A DNA stretch of 63,640 bases, the filler included, from Lenisia limosa (lineage: Eukaryota; Protista; Breviatea): NCBI GenBank assembly GCA_001655205.1. It is 17 parts of 17 records of this genome, joined end to end, with 100 filler letters (N's around TTAATTAATTAA, not from the genome) between each part and the next. Parts side by side here need not be neighbours in the genome. Positions count along the whole stretch, not along the records: positions 47,541 to 49,991 come from LPNZ01003187.1; positions 50,092 to 54,916 come from LPNZ01007693.1; positions 55,017 to 62,369 come from LPNZ01004542.1; 14 more parts are not named here. One strand, written 5' to 3'. Positions 48,708 through 60,994 of this stretch are shown here, piece by piece (position 1 is the first letter of the stretch; each line of letters begins with the position of its first letter). Below the pieces are notes generated by a model that saw only the letters and a program-made list of their open reading frames with translations, did no database searches and had not been told where the DNA came from. Made by a program: the position numbers and the translations under genes.

Positions 48708-49991
48708 TATGCTTATGAAGGTGATGTACAGGGTACTCTGAAGTGTCTTCTTGAGGTATTTGGGGTGAATTTCCCATAGTCGTTTAATTTCGGGATATTT
48801 GTCCTGAAGTCTTCTGAGATGAAAAGAGCATTTAGTTGATTTAATTGGTTATTGGAATTGCAGTTCAGTGTTCTTTTGTTCCGAGTTTTCACAATTCATC
48901 AGAGTTATCTCCCTTCTAACTTTGAATAAGATTTCTCTTTTATTTTGCAAAAAATCCGAATTTTTGCATTCCCAAAATTGATTTTACGTGCCTAATAAAC
49001 CATGTCTTGTGTGTGTTATCTATAGGACTAGGGTTTACCTACGGTTTCGAATAATACAAAACAATTACACTTTCTATTTGTGCTTCGTTTTTACCCCTTG
49101 TTTTTTCGAATGACCAACAGAGTTGATTTTTGGTTTATTTGTGAAATAAACTGTTTATTTTAAAGGAAGGAAATAATACCCCTCCTGTTTCCCCTTAAGA
49201 CCATTTAAAATTCCTGTTAGTGCACTATTCCGAGCAATAAAAATAGTCTAAAACCTCCCGGATGGTGGTTTTGTTTGTTTCATGAATTTTAAATGTTACG
49301 TCCATCGTTTGGCGGAGTAATGTCATGTAATGTAGTGCAACAACTGACCGGGGCTTTGTTTGTTTTGGTGTTTTTCAATCCTCGCGAGTTTTTAGCCAAC
49401 AGAGTTGTTTTTGAGCTTTGTTTTGTTTCAAGCATTTTCCAATCCCCCCTCCCCCCGCTGGAGTGATGGGATGCGGTGCTGCAGAAGCGACGTCTGGGCT
49501 TTTGTTTGTTTTGTTGTTCTCAACCCTTGTGTGCTGTCAGCCAACAGAGTTAATTTGGGTTTTTGTTTTGTTTTGCTTATAAATTTTCCAATTTTACCCC
49601 CCCCCCCAGGGCATGGAGGCCGGCGTGGCAGACGTGGATATGGCGGATCCGATCCTGGGCTCTTCCCTTCTCCTATGGGCCGCGGCCGGAGGCACCTTGA
49701 AAGTGGGGGGGTTATCCTCATTATCCATTTTAATTATACAAGAGAATCACACAAATATATCCCTTGCTTGTGTGTTATTTATAGGACTAGGGTTTCCCTA
49801 TGGTCCCAAAAAGACTGAAATTCACGTTAAATTATCGAGAAATGTCGATATTTTACCAGTCTTTTTCAGACCGTTCAGAAGCCTATAGATTTCCGAAATA
49901 ATTTCGTAGCTTGTGGAGAGCCTTATCCAATTGGGAGCCCAGGTCAACTTTCAGAACAAAGAAGGCAACTCCGCGCTTCACTTGTGGGGAG
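48708..49991 (+). CDS. Ankyrin-repeat protein (multi-exon, truncated by contig end)
   Basis: In-phase exons 48708-48755 (YAYEGDVQGTLKCLLE), 49610-49702 (GMEAGVADVDMADPILGSSLLLWAAAGGTLK) and 49910-~49983 (LVESLIQLGAQVNFQNKEGNSALH). Confidence 0.8.
49456..49609 (+). repeat. Intron 3'-end module B (reference copy)
   Basis: GGAGTGATGGGATGCGGTGCTGCAGAAGCGAC..CTGGGCTTTGTTTGTTTTGTT..TCAACCCTTGTGTG.TGTCAGCCAACAGAGTTAATTT..AAATTTTCCAATTTTA(C)nAG. Other copies: 4640-4764(+), 21112-21240(-), 28042-28090(+), 29581-29650(+), 37030-37060(+), 42275-42322(-), 44020-44100(-), 49340-49455(+), 58250-58281(-), 62545-62651(+), 63495-63634(+). Confidence 0.92.
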
Positions 49992-50462
49992 NNNNNNNNN
50001 NNNNNNNNNNNNNNNNNNNNNNNNNNNNNNNNNNNTTAATTAATTAANNNNNNNNNNNNNNNNNNNNNNNNNNNNNNNNNNNNNNNNNNNNAGTGTGTTT
50101 AATGATAGTTTTATTTCAGTAAAAGAGGAACGTAAACAACGATAGCAAAAATGAGTATTCAATTGTACACGATAGACGATACTCACACTTACCTCAAATA
50201 TTAGAGAAATACGAGAAATTCAAAATAGGTTATATGTACATATTTTGAGAAAGTAACATGTTATCATTATATACATAACCTCGAACAACTGTGAATAAAA
50301 TTCAGTACATTTTGTGAACTAAAGTGAAGTTTAAGGAAGAAGTAAAAACAATAACCGAAAGATAGCCTAATTCGCTGTTGATGGACTGCTGGGGACTGGT
50401 GATTTTTTTAAAAAAATGAGGAGAATTTTATGATGACAAAAGAGTGATGTAAGGTTTCTCAC

Positions 50463-52256
50463 CTTCATTTGAGCGTATCTGAATTGGGCTAAAGACTGAA
50501 CCGCATTGTCACCTTCACAGTCAATACACTGTAACATGGTGGTATATTATAGCTTACTGTAGTATTAGAATATGATATAATTCATGTACAAGTAATTTTT
50601 ATTTGAAAAATATCTATATAATGTGTCAAGTCATGCATAGAAGCCCGTTCATTACAGTGACCCAGCCTCCTCATACTAGCACAATGCATTGCGAGTGAGA
50701 GAAGCTCAAGGAACTTGAACCCAGCGTTTTGCCTGGGATGTGAGCAAAATCAAATAGACATATTATACAATTGAGGTGGGGTACTGTGGCAATTATTAAT
50801 GTCAAGAATTATTTCCGATAATTTTTAAAACTATTATCACAAAGGAATCACAGAAAAGCCTCCAAATAATAATAAGACCCCCACAAGAACTCAAGTTTGC
50901 CATTGATGCCGCAATGGAAAACTGCTACATTCCTAAAAAAAAGTAAAGCAAAATTATGACGTCCATGATGGACTGTTAAAAAATACATTGAACTGTGTTC
51001 AGGCTAAGACTTTGTGAGAGTTGAAAGGCTATATCTGTATCCAGAAGTGAAACGCTTTTGGTTGCGCTACAATAAACTACCTTGTAGAAATGTTCAAAAT
51101 AATAAAAAACAATCAAAAGGAGTAAAAAGGTAGCAATTAAATTAAGACTTACTTTTCAGATTCTTCAATGCAGTTAGTCAGCATGTGGACGAGAACCTTT
51201 ATAGGTAAAAATGGAAGGGTATTGGCAGAAAATATATTAGTTGACCCCCTCCCTCATACCTTTTGAAGATAAAGCCAATTGNNNNNNNNNNNNNNNNNNN
51301 NNNNNNNNNNNNNNNNNNNNNNNNNNNNNNNNNNNNNNNNNNNNNNNNNGTCGATTTCACAAAGTCAGCCCCCTACATTGGGGAAGTCCTCGAACTTCAC
51401 ACAGAGCTGCTGGCTCTGTTGCAACTCTGTGAAAGACTGGGGGTTTACTAAATCGTGAAAAAGAGCCCAGATGTCAGGATAATGCGAAAAGTACCAAAAA
51501 AGAGTTGGAATGGGGGGGAAATGAAAGGAAAACCGAAAACCATTGAACAAAGCAGTAGAATTGGCTTGATTGAAATGAGTATGGAAGTAATCCCTCTTAC
51601 ACTCTGTGACATAATGAAAGAAAATATCTTCTTCAGAGGTCAGTACCACCTTCACCCTTGTCAGGACATTGTCCTCATTCTTAAGAGTAAATGAAGACAA
51701 ACGTTAATCAAGAGATGTATGTCCTATCTCATGATGCATAAATATACTATGAAAAATTCACCAAAGAATCCAAACAGGTAGGTTTATGCGTGTGGAATGA
51801 GGAATATAAAGGGAGTGTCATCAGGTTTCCCATTAGCTCAAAGCNNNNNNNNNNNNNNNNNNNNNNNNNNNNNNNNNNNNNNNNNNNNNNNNNNNNNNNN
51901 NNNNNNNNNNNNNNNNNNNNNNNNNNNNNNNNNNCCGTCAGCTCTCTCTCAAACAGAACAGAGTACCCGTCAACTGGTTTCATTGTTAAGGCAAACTGAG
52001 GTTGATGGTGTGGCGTGGGGGTAATAGTGGTTGGCTTCTTCAGTACAAAAATATGAAGTACATATGATATATAAATTTTAAATGAAGGCTGCTTGTATAC
52101 AAGCCGCAACGTTATCAGAATAAAAACGAAAAAGATGTGAAGAGAGTCCCTACTTGCTGAAGGGTCCTCGATTTGGAGACTTGAAAAGTTGACATAATCT
52201 GTAACAGAGAAGGAGGAGTCTACGTGCGTAAGTATGATGAGGACATGACCTGACAT
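50463..52256 (-). CDS. SAS6L: SAS-6-like protein (SAS6L family, SAS-6 N-terminal-type domain)
   Basis: ATG at 52256. Exons 52256-52250, 52198-52154, 51973-(N), 51679-51601, 51447-51377, 51196-51153, 50932-50885, 50732-50677 and 50512-50463 give MSDYVNFSSLQIEDPSAIDGYSVLFERELT...NEDNVLTRVKVVLTSEEDIFFHYVTELNPQSFTELQQSQQLCVKFEDFPNVLVHMLTNCIEESEKNVAVFHCGINGKLEFLQNAGFKFLELLSL..FRYAQMK, collinear with the recalled SAS6L consensus (ELTSE.DLFFHY..; LMV.F.DYP.VLI.ML..CI.E; L.FIQN.EYKF.ELLS). The 3' end is not resolved. Confidence 0.85.
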
Positions 52257-52936
52257 GGCAATCCTTGTCTTGGAAAGCTTGATATTGACGGGATATGGGA
52301 TTTCAGCGCGGGTTCATTTCGTATCCCCAGAAAATGCACCATTTTCGCCTACATGTGTCATTTCGTTTGGAGGACATCATTGACTGTCGGTTGGGGGATG
52401 CCGGAGACTCTAATTGAGAGGATGTCATTCTGCTTCTGTTCATCTGCGGAATAATCCAAAGGACTCTTGTTCATATTCATATCATATTTATATTCCTTTT
52501 AAAATTATATTTAAAAGGACCTTCATTAAACTTTATCGGTCCAAGACCTTTAGTATACTGAATATTATAGCAGAATTAACTCAACACATTGCCAATGTTG
52601 GATGATCAAACACTCTCTTCTTCTCTTATGAATCTCCATGTTATAACTTAAAACCCGATTTTATGAAAGATGAATAGTAGCCTTGGCTGAACCCTCACCT
52701 TGACTGGACGGGAAGGGATAGTTACAACACGTCAGCTCCAAGATAAATATCCCAGAGTTTCCTTTTTAAAAACGGTTTTCTACGTAAACTCTACTAAATT
52801 CCAAAGTGAATGAAGGGGAAGAGGCTGTTTTTGGGCTGTTTTCGGCTTCAAAAGGAAATTTCGGCGGCGCAGAGCTTCTCTTTTTGTCATTTTTTCGTTT
52901 TTAACCCCTCTTAATTATCCTTGATAAATATATACA

Positions 52937-54832
52937 ATGGGAGCTCTTGAAGAAGCGCAAAAGCGCCTCAAAGCAGGAGAAAAAGCGTAAGCCCTGCCAC
53001 AGTGTCATCGATCATTTGAATAGTTTGGTTTGCTGTCACAATCTAGTGCCTCCAAGGGATTTTTCAAGAAGCCAGATTGGGATGTTGCCTCTGTTGAATT
53101 CAGCAAAGCTGGTGAGAGACCCCCCCTCTTTCTTTCTTTCTCTCTTTCCTTTCTCTCTTCAATTACATATTCCTCCTCACTTGTTAAGTAACAAAAAAGC
53201 ATTATCTAAATAGTCCAGTCTTCTTTTTGTTTTTTCTTGAACATGTGATGGGTTGTATCTTCTTCTTGGGTATATCAAACGATCTTTTCTTGGTAAAGAA
53301 AAAGACTGAAATATCAGGGACATGGTTGTCTGTACAATATTTGATATGTTTTTTTTCGTTGGCTTTCTGTTGCCTTGGGTCGTTTTTTTTTATTCTGTCA
53401 CTGGGATTTAATTTATTCCTATTAACATTATTTCTTGCTCTCGAACAAACAAAGAAGTCCTTTCACCCACTAGCCCAAATGTTCAGGAGCCAAAAGCAGT
53501 TTGAAGAAGCAAAGAAGGTGGGGGATTAGATCAAGTGTATTGGATACCCTCACGTATAATTCATACTTTAAAGGTTTCGGAGAAATACAAATATTTTAGA
53601 ATATAGGATTCGAGGACATTGGGTTTTCTGTGTGGGTGTTTGAAATTGAAAAGGAATATCCTTCTCAATATCTTTATAAACGTGCTAGTTTAATGATATA
53701 TGTATTGGTGGCTTCTGCCTGATTGGGTTCATTACCAGGATTGTGACACTTGACGTAATTACATTCAGAGATTCACAATAACCGTTCAGGCATATTTGCG
53801 TGCTGCTGATTGTGACAAAAACAACATGGCGTGAGCATGGGTGCAATCTGAGGGTACAAATCGGTTTCTTAAAGTATCTAATGTCCGAAAGAATCTTGGA
53901 TAATATCGATATTTTACTTTTCATTGGAAAATATGGAGAAAACATTATTGTTGTGACTGTTGGGAAGTACTGGTCATGTTTGACAATTTATTGCACTTTT
54001 ATTGGGAAAAGTATTTTTGGTTGTCTCCACCTTGTTATTTTATGGATAACAACTGGCATCGTATGTGGATGATAAATATCTTTTCCCCTTGGCCATTTGT
54101 TTCATTTCCACGCACATCTCACCAAGATAGCGACTATGCGGTTGGGAAGGCCACGGAAGATGCTGCCAACATGTGCACTGAAATGAAGAAAAAAGATGAA
54201 GCCGTTCGAGGGGCTTGTGCCTTCTTGTGGAATTAAACCCTTTTTGTTCAAAGACTAGGGGTAGAGGAATACAGATTCGGGTTGGTACAATCTCTCGCGT
54301 TTCTTCATGTTCAGGTTTCTCCCCATATCTTTTCTCGTTCGTTATTGTGCAACATATCTGTAGGATTTTGTTTTCCATTGTATGTCTTAACTATTTCACA
54401 ATTAAAAAACATTGTCGATCTCTTTGATCCACCGTATTATCTCTTTCTCACCCCCCCCCCCTAGCTTGTTCTCNNNNNNNNNNNNNNNNNNNNNNNNNNN
54501 NNNNNNNNNNNNNNNNNNNNNNNNNNNNNNNNNNNNNNNNNNNNNNNNNNNNNNNNNNNNNNNNNNNNNNNNNNNNNNNNNATTGTGATCGGACAGGAAG
54601 GTTAAAATATCGTATGTGTTGAGAAACATGGCCATTTTTGGGATCGAGATAAAGGCCTACCTGAATCTTATGTTGGATACTATAATCCAGTTAACTTCCA
54701 TAACTTTTTAACTAGGTACTATGTGTTCTTGTTCACTTCCTTTTTCTTAACTTCATATCTCTGTTTGATATATAGCACTTGACTGTTTTAGACTCTCAGA
54801 AAACCCCGAAAAAGCGGCGGACTTGTTCCTCA
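52937..54832 (+). CDS. NAPG: Gamma-soluble NSF attachment protein (gamma-SNAP), N-terminal part
   Basis: Exons 52937-52986, 53047-53111, 53474-53517, ~53790-53830, 54131-54203 and 54792-54832 give MGALEEAQKRLKAGEKAASKGFFKKPDWDVASVEFSKAAQMFRSQKQFEEAKKAYLRAADC...YAVGKATEDAANMCTEMKKKDEA...LSENPEKAADLF, matching the gamma-SNAP pattern K..FFKWKPD.D.A..E..KAA..F+..K..E.A. Confidence 0.8.
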
Positions 54833-55289
54833 GTGGGTGGCTTTGTGGTGTACGTTAGTCATGGGAATGATATGATATGTTGATAGTCTTTTTTGGACGG
54901 TTGGGACACCCTCACTNNNNNNNNNNNNNNNNNNNNNNNNNNNNNNNNNNNNNNNNNNNNTTAATTAATTAANNNNNNNNNNNNNNNNNNNNNNNNNNNN
55001 NNNNNNNNNNNNNNNNCTTTTCTCTTCCATTGCAATCAACTGCCTCTTTGCTTTTCTCTTCCGTTGCAATCAACTGACCCCTCCTTCAGTTATCTTGTCA
55101 GACTATTTGTGTTGGGTCAAGAAGCTGGGTGGACTTGACGCTGGAATGGTTGGGGGATTTTTGTGATTGGATGGTAGTGAGAGTTCTCTGTGGTTATTTG
55201 GAACATTTTCAGCCTTTGACCAGTCTAGGAGTTGGAACTGCAGTCAGGGGACCGTCCGTCTAAACTCGTCTAACTTTAGTCTTCAACCG

Positions 55290-58200
55290 ACGTAGCTAGC
55301 GAGGACAAGGAAAATCACCAGGACGCCTTGTGCTATTTACTGTTTAATTGTGTCATCAACAAGACACTACCTTGTTTCTCACCAAAATCGAAAAATTGGA
55401 ATGTTTTTTGATGAGCAAATTGACAACTAGTCAGAAATTGTCATAAATACCATATGATATGCATTATTATTCTGGATATGAGAGGGAAAACGAAAGACAT
55501 GAATCTTGGTGATAATTAGTTACACTCAGGTTACACTGTGCTCATAATGATCTGGTAAACCAGACGAGCAACTGAAGATATGATCCCCACTACCCAACTG
55601 CGATCCTCAGAAAGATTCATTAACGGTTTCAAAAAAACATATAAATACCTGCGAACACTTCAGTTATACCCATTTAACAGCCTCCAGAATCTTTTCAAAA
55701 TTCAAATTACAGGGGATGGGGGGCTTCTCTACCTCGGGGATGGACAAAACTTCCAAAATCTGGGGAGTTGGTTATCTGATTGCCTTCAAATGATATGGAA
55801 ATGTCAAGGGAATGACATAGTAATACAGGCGATACTACGGAAATGAGAAAATTTTTGTTTGAAGACATCTACACTATCACGCGCGTTTGTCTAATAATAT
55901 TCATCCTCATAAATGCTTCATGATATTGGAGTAATATCATTGTTATCACCCCCAACCTTGGCAACCCCGGTATAATGATGGGCCAAAATGAGGCCCAAGA
56001 GGCTGAACAAGGGGTCCGATGTGATTGACACGGAGTTACCAGGGTCTGACACCAGGTACCCGGATTCCTGCGTGAAGACTGTGAAGAGCTCAGCACAGGC
56101 CTGCGTTTTATAAGAGAGGAATGTTAAGCGCTTATTTCCTTATACGGCAATCTTTCTATATAGGGAACAAAATAAAATATCTCACACATTCAATAATGAT
56201 AACAATCCACCCCCCCCCCTCCCAGGGCCGACCGCATTGAGGTCAACTGCGTTCTCGTCCACCGGAGCGCTAAGCAGGTGCGGCAGCGTAGGTAGGAGAA
56301 TGGGGGCGACTACAGACAAAAAGGACGTAAATGCGGCTGCGGGGGAGGGGGTTAGGTTTTAATTAATAGGGGATTGATTCTGGGTCCCCCCAATCCAATT
56401 TTCCCACCAATCCATTTACTCCCATCCCTCTCATACCGTCACATTCCGGGGGAATATAGTGTGACGCTCCATCCACATGTGCTACAGAGTCACTCTTGAT
56501 AAACAAAAAAAAATAACCAAATAACAATTGAAACAAGAAAAAGCAAAATAATAATAAAACTAATAAATAAACAATCAATCGTAATAATAAAAAGAAGATA
56601 ATACAAACAGAAAAAAAGGTATGAGCTATGACGACCCTCTTACTGTCTTCTTGGGAGAGGGCATTTTGCCATGGTGATAACGGGCCTGCATGAATGAAGG
56701 CCATAATGTGAAGAAATGAATAATAATACAACTGAGGCGTCCACTCCATCACGGTTTTAAGAGTATAATATATTATATTATCCCGATATATTCGTATTCG
56801 CATTGCACTTCCACTAATCCCGATATATTGCGTATTCGCATGGCACTTCCACCTATGATTCACATTGACCGACCTTCAACCACTGTCGAGATTCTAGCAA
56901 TAAAACGCTGGACTGAGAGGTGCAAACTTCGAATACTCTCCAATGGCAATCCAGCCTGACGGAGAGCCAACTAGATACTTTGAGAGGGATGATTCAAACG
57001 TATAAACTATTGATATTTTGAATAAATAGCCCATTTCCGTATTCTTTAGGACCGAAAGTGAAACTCATCAGTTCAGCATTTCCAAAGGCAAATCCGCCAA
57101 CCTTGAACCTTCGTAACGAGCAACCGCCTTCTTGTAGCATTTCCTGAGGAGTGAGCAGAGTCAGAGGTGGGTGGAAGGGGTTTGAACTCTGTGACATGCC
57201 ACAAGTAGGACTGAAGCACTCCACACCATCATATTGGTAAAGTAATATTACAATTCAGATAATCAGGAGAAATGTTCCTGTACACCTTAAAGCCAAACCA
57301 GTATCATTAAAATTCCCCAAGTTAATCGTTTCTCCGAGGTTTCTTGTTTTTAGCAGCCTACCTTCACCATGCTGCGGAACACTAGCGCAAGGGGTGACGC
57401 GGACGCAATCGTGTCGGGTTGGCAGTAGAACTGGGCCGGTGTGAGGCATACGGAGAGCCCGGACGGGGTGCTGAGGACCAGGAGGAAGAGCGCCAAATCT
57501 GGGNNNNNNNNNNNNNNNNNNNNNNNNNNNNNNNNNNNNNNNNNNNNNNNNNNNNNNNNNNNNNNNNNNNNNNNNNNNNNNNNNNNNNNNNNNNNNNNNN
57601 NNNNNNNNNNNNNNNNNNNCAAGTAACAGAGTATCAAAAGCTCTACTCAAAAATGACAAAAATAAGTCTCTTTGACACGTCTTGCGTTAGGCCTACCATC
57701 CGGGAATAGAAATCCGGTGTCTGTTGGGCACAAAGACGCAAATAAGGCCTCGGCCATCTGAAACCGTCAAAGGTGGATGGGATATATAAGTAAAATATGA
57801 TATGTGTACATATCTATGTGTACTGGTGTATCCTGTTCAAGTAAGACTTGCCCGATATAATCAGATTTGGTGCCGGAAAATCGACAGTACGTGCCATCAA
57901 TGCTCTGTGTTACATTATTGTACTGTTAATACTTTCCACGGTCTAGAATATGAAGTCAATGATTGTATTTGTGGAAGCCAACTCCAAGGATTCGCTTCAT
58001 AAGTAGGGCTTCACTTCGGTTCAAAAAAGACTCAATTTCTCGATAAATCCTAAAACTATCGATGTTATAGCGGTGTTGCTCGCCGAAGTGTTATGAATAA
58101 GGACATATGCTTCCCTCCATAACATCACATGGATCGCCACCCACCTGCAACCAAGCCAGAATATCGGCCTCGTACACTGTCGGATCCTCGTCGCTCTCGT

Positions 58201-59455
58201 CCCGCGATGCTGCTGTCAATGCCCACTCCTTCGGGGTCAGAATAATACGGGGAACAAAAAAGAAGCCCAAATCAACTCTGTNNNNNNNNNNNNNNNNNNN
58301 NNNNNNNNNNNNNNNNNNNNNNNNNNNNNNNNNNNNNNNNNNNNNNNNNNNNNNNNNNNNNNNNNNNNNNNNNNNNNNNNNNNNNNNNNNNNNNNNNNNN
58401 NNNNNNNAATGCGTATTCTGCGGGTCTGAAGCAAAACAATTGTCCATCCCAACCTTTTTGGCAAGTTGATTAAACGTTGACACACATGCCGCGAGACATG
58501 AGTGGAGAAGGTGGGGCGAATGGTTGGCAACTATCCGAGAGAAGTCTGAAGGGGAGACGGATAGCTGGCTATTAGCCTGTAGGGTCAATCAGAGAGGCGC
58601 CAGTGTCGTGTCATATGCCGGATAACACTTCTCCCAATTCCATTATCAATCCCAAACTATATTCAATAATACATAAACATGATAGTGTCAACAAACAAAA
58701 GATAAACATGATAGTGTCAACAAACAAAAAAGATAAATATGATGGTGTCAACAAACAAAGATAAATATGATGCAAACAAAAGATAAATATGATGGTGTCA
58801 ACAAACAAAAGATAAATATGATGGTGTCAACAAACAAAAGAAAAATATGATGGTGTCAACAAACAAAAGATAAATATGATGGTGTCAACAAACAAAAGAT
58901 AAAGATGATGGTGTCAACAAAAAAAAAGATAAATATGGTGGTGTCAACAAACAAATAATAAACATGATAGTGTCAACAAACAAATGCCCCTCCCCACAGC
59001 TGTGTTTTGCTGCCACACGCGGTATAACGCAGTAAACTCCTCTGACGTCACGGCCTCCACCGCCACCCAGTTCAGTACATTCAGGAAGTTATTGACTTCT
59101 ACATATGTTGAGTACAAGGCTATTATGGCAAGTATAAAGACAATTAAGCGGTTTCCAAAAAAACGAGTAAATTGGTCGAAGATTCTATTGTCACATAGCA
59201 GCTAATCCATTTTTCAATCAAAATAATAATAGGCTCCTTAGTGGCTCTGAAAACCCATCATCTCACAGTGAGACGATGGGCCCCAAGGGGATAATATAAA
59301 CCCATATCGTGTGAAAATGATCCAAAAAGTGATATGATATGGTAAGGGAAGTTGAGACAGTTCTTGAGAGTAAATGTGCATTGTCATGTCAGGACTGGAA
59401 AACGTTCTTACCCCCCTCCCCACCTTCAATCGGGGTGTCGCCGCGACCGGCGTCA
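55290..59455 (-). CDS. Multi-exon gene, probable membrane protein, unknown family
   Basis: Many minus-strand AG/GT exons (EVNNFLNVLNWVAVEAV..; EWALTAASRDESDEDPTVYEADILAWLQ; DLALFLLVLSTPSG..; APILLPTLPHLLSAPVDENAVDLNA|ACAELFTVFTQESGYLVSDP; terminal QGVLVIFLVLASYVG*). Unity as a single gene is not proven. Confidence 0.45.
58674..58984. repeat. Intronic minisatellite, ~29-bp unit x ~11
   Basis: Unit AAATATGATGGTGTCAACAAACAAAAGAT repeated head-to-tail with minor variants and no spacers. Confidence 0.93.
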
Positions 59456-60994
59456 ACTATTACTTCGTAGTACAATCTGTGTACTAATAAAGTCCGCGCT
59501 GATTCCATTCTCTGGTAGAGGTAAGAAGACAATTTATTATAAACCAACAATACTCCTATCGTAAAATGAAGGAAATTTCAACGAAGAATATTGGTCTCAA
59601 GGTACTAATCATGAACAAGGGTGGGGGTAAAAAGGTACTAATCACGAACAAGGGTGGGGGTAAAAAGGTGTCTGAAAAAATTAAAATCAAATCTGTTGAC
59701 TGAACGAGAAAGCACACAAGCGTTTCAAAAAAAGTCTTTTCTCTAGCACCACATCCTATCATTCCTAGTAAATGAAGATAATTTCGATGCAAATTGGCCT
59801 TAAGGTCACTAAAATTAAAACAATGAAAAAGCCTAACAAAAAGCAACAAATGTGTGCCTGAAATATAAGCATGAACCAAAAACATCAGTATCATAAACGG
59901 GGAAATGTGAGTACCTTCTTAAAAATTTTACTGCAAATCGTTTCCCCGAATTTAGGATAATTGAGGGTATGGTCGGGAGTGGGCTCGTTTGATAGTGCTG
60001 GATGCCCCCCATCACTATGTGCAACAACCTTCCTACCCCACCACCAAATTCTCTCAAATTGCGTACGTGGATATATGACATACACAGTCCGTGATAACTT
60101 GATTCTTTCGGTCAAGACTTATCTCGGGCACTTTACATTATCACTCTGTGTTTTTAAACAATCCGGTGTGACACAGACCAATAAAAAACAATCTGGTGTG
60201 ACACAGACCAATATAACAAACAATAGAACGGTGCCGTTAAAGGCGTCTCTCTTCAACTGTTTGTACTTAATACGACTTTCAATTACAAAGTAAGTCATTA
60301 GCTTTTTTTTTTTTGGCCATATTAACACTTAAATTGTCATACAAAATTGAAGCATCCCCCAATTAACTGAAATACTGTTCTTCCTTCTGGAAGAAACACA
60401 TCACAAAATGGTATGTTCCATATATTATGACCATTCAAAACTGAGAGCAAAGAGTTTTAGAGTCCCAAACAGTTAGCCGTTATCACCCCCCCCCCCCNNN
60501 NNNNNNNNNNNNNNNNNNNNNNNNNNNNNNNNNNNNNNNNNNNNNNNNNNNNNNNNNNNNNNNTTTCCCCCAAACATTTACTGAGGCACCTGTTGCGTAG
60601 AGGGGAGCGGAAGTAATGACCACTGATCGGGGTGCTGGATGGAGCTCAGGAATAAGTTCTTATTGATAATAATAATACTTTAGAAGATACTTAATTTTGC
60701 CAGAAGAGGGCTGGAAAGGGGCTTCTCTGTTTTTTGGAGTTAGTATCGAGATTTTGCGAAAGCTGTCGATAAATATACGTAATTCCTAAATTTAAAATAC
60801 ATGGAAGGTCTGATTGACAGAGAGAACTGCACAATAAAAAGCGAATTACGAACAGATATATGAAATGAAATCAGGTAAGAAAATTATGACTTCACCAAAT
60901 TACGGATGAGCCTTCTCTCACCATATTAGGCCTGTTCCTGACCATTTGTGTATGGGCTCTACTCTTCTGGGTAGCATCTTGCCATAACGCTCAG

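Noticed and set aside
56225-56277. Plus-strand exon after CCCCCCCTCCCAG
   Set aside because: The minus-strand reading splices in phase with neighbouring exons; the C-run is the complement of a post-donor G-run.
58674-58984. CRISPR-like array
   Set aside because: Units are directly adjacent with no unique spacers, the context is eukaryotic and no cas genes are present.
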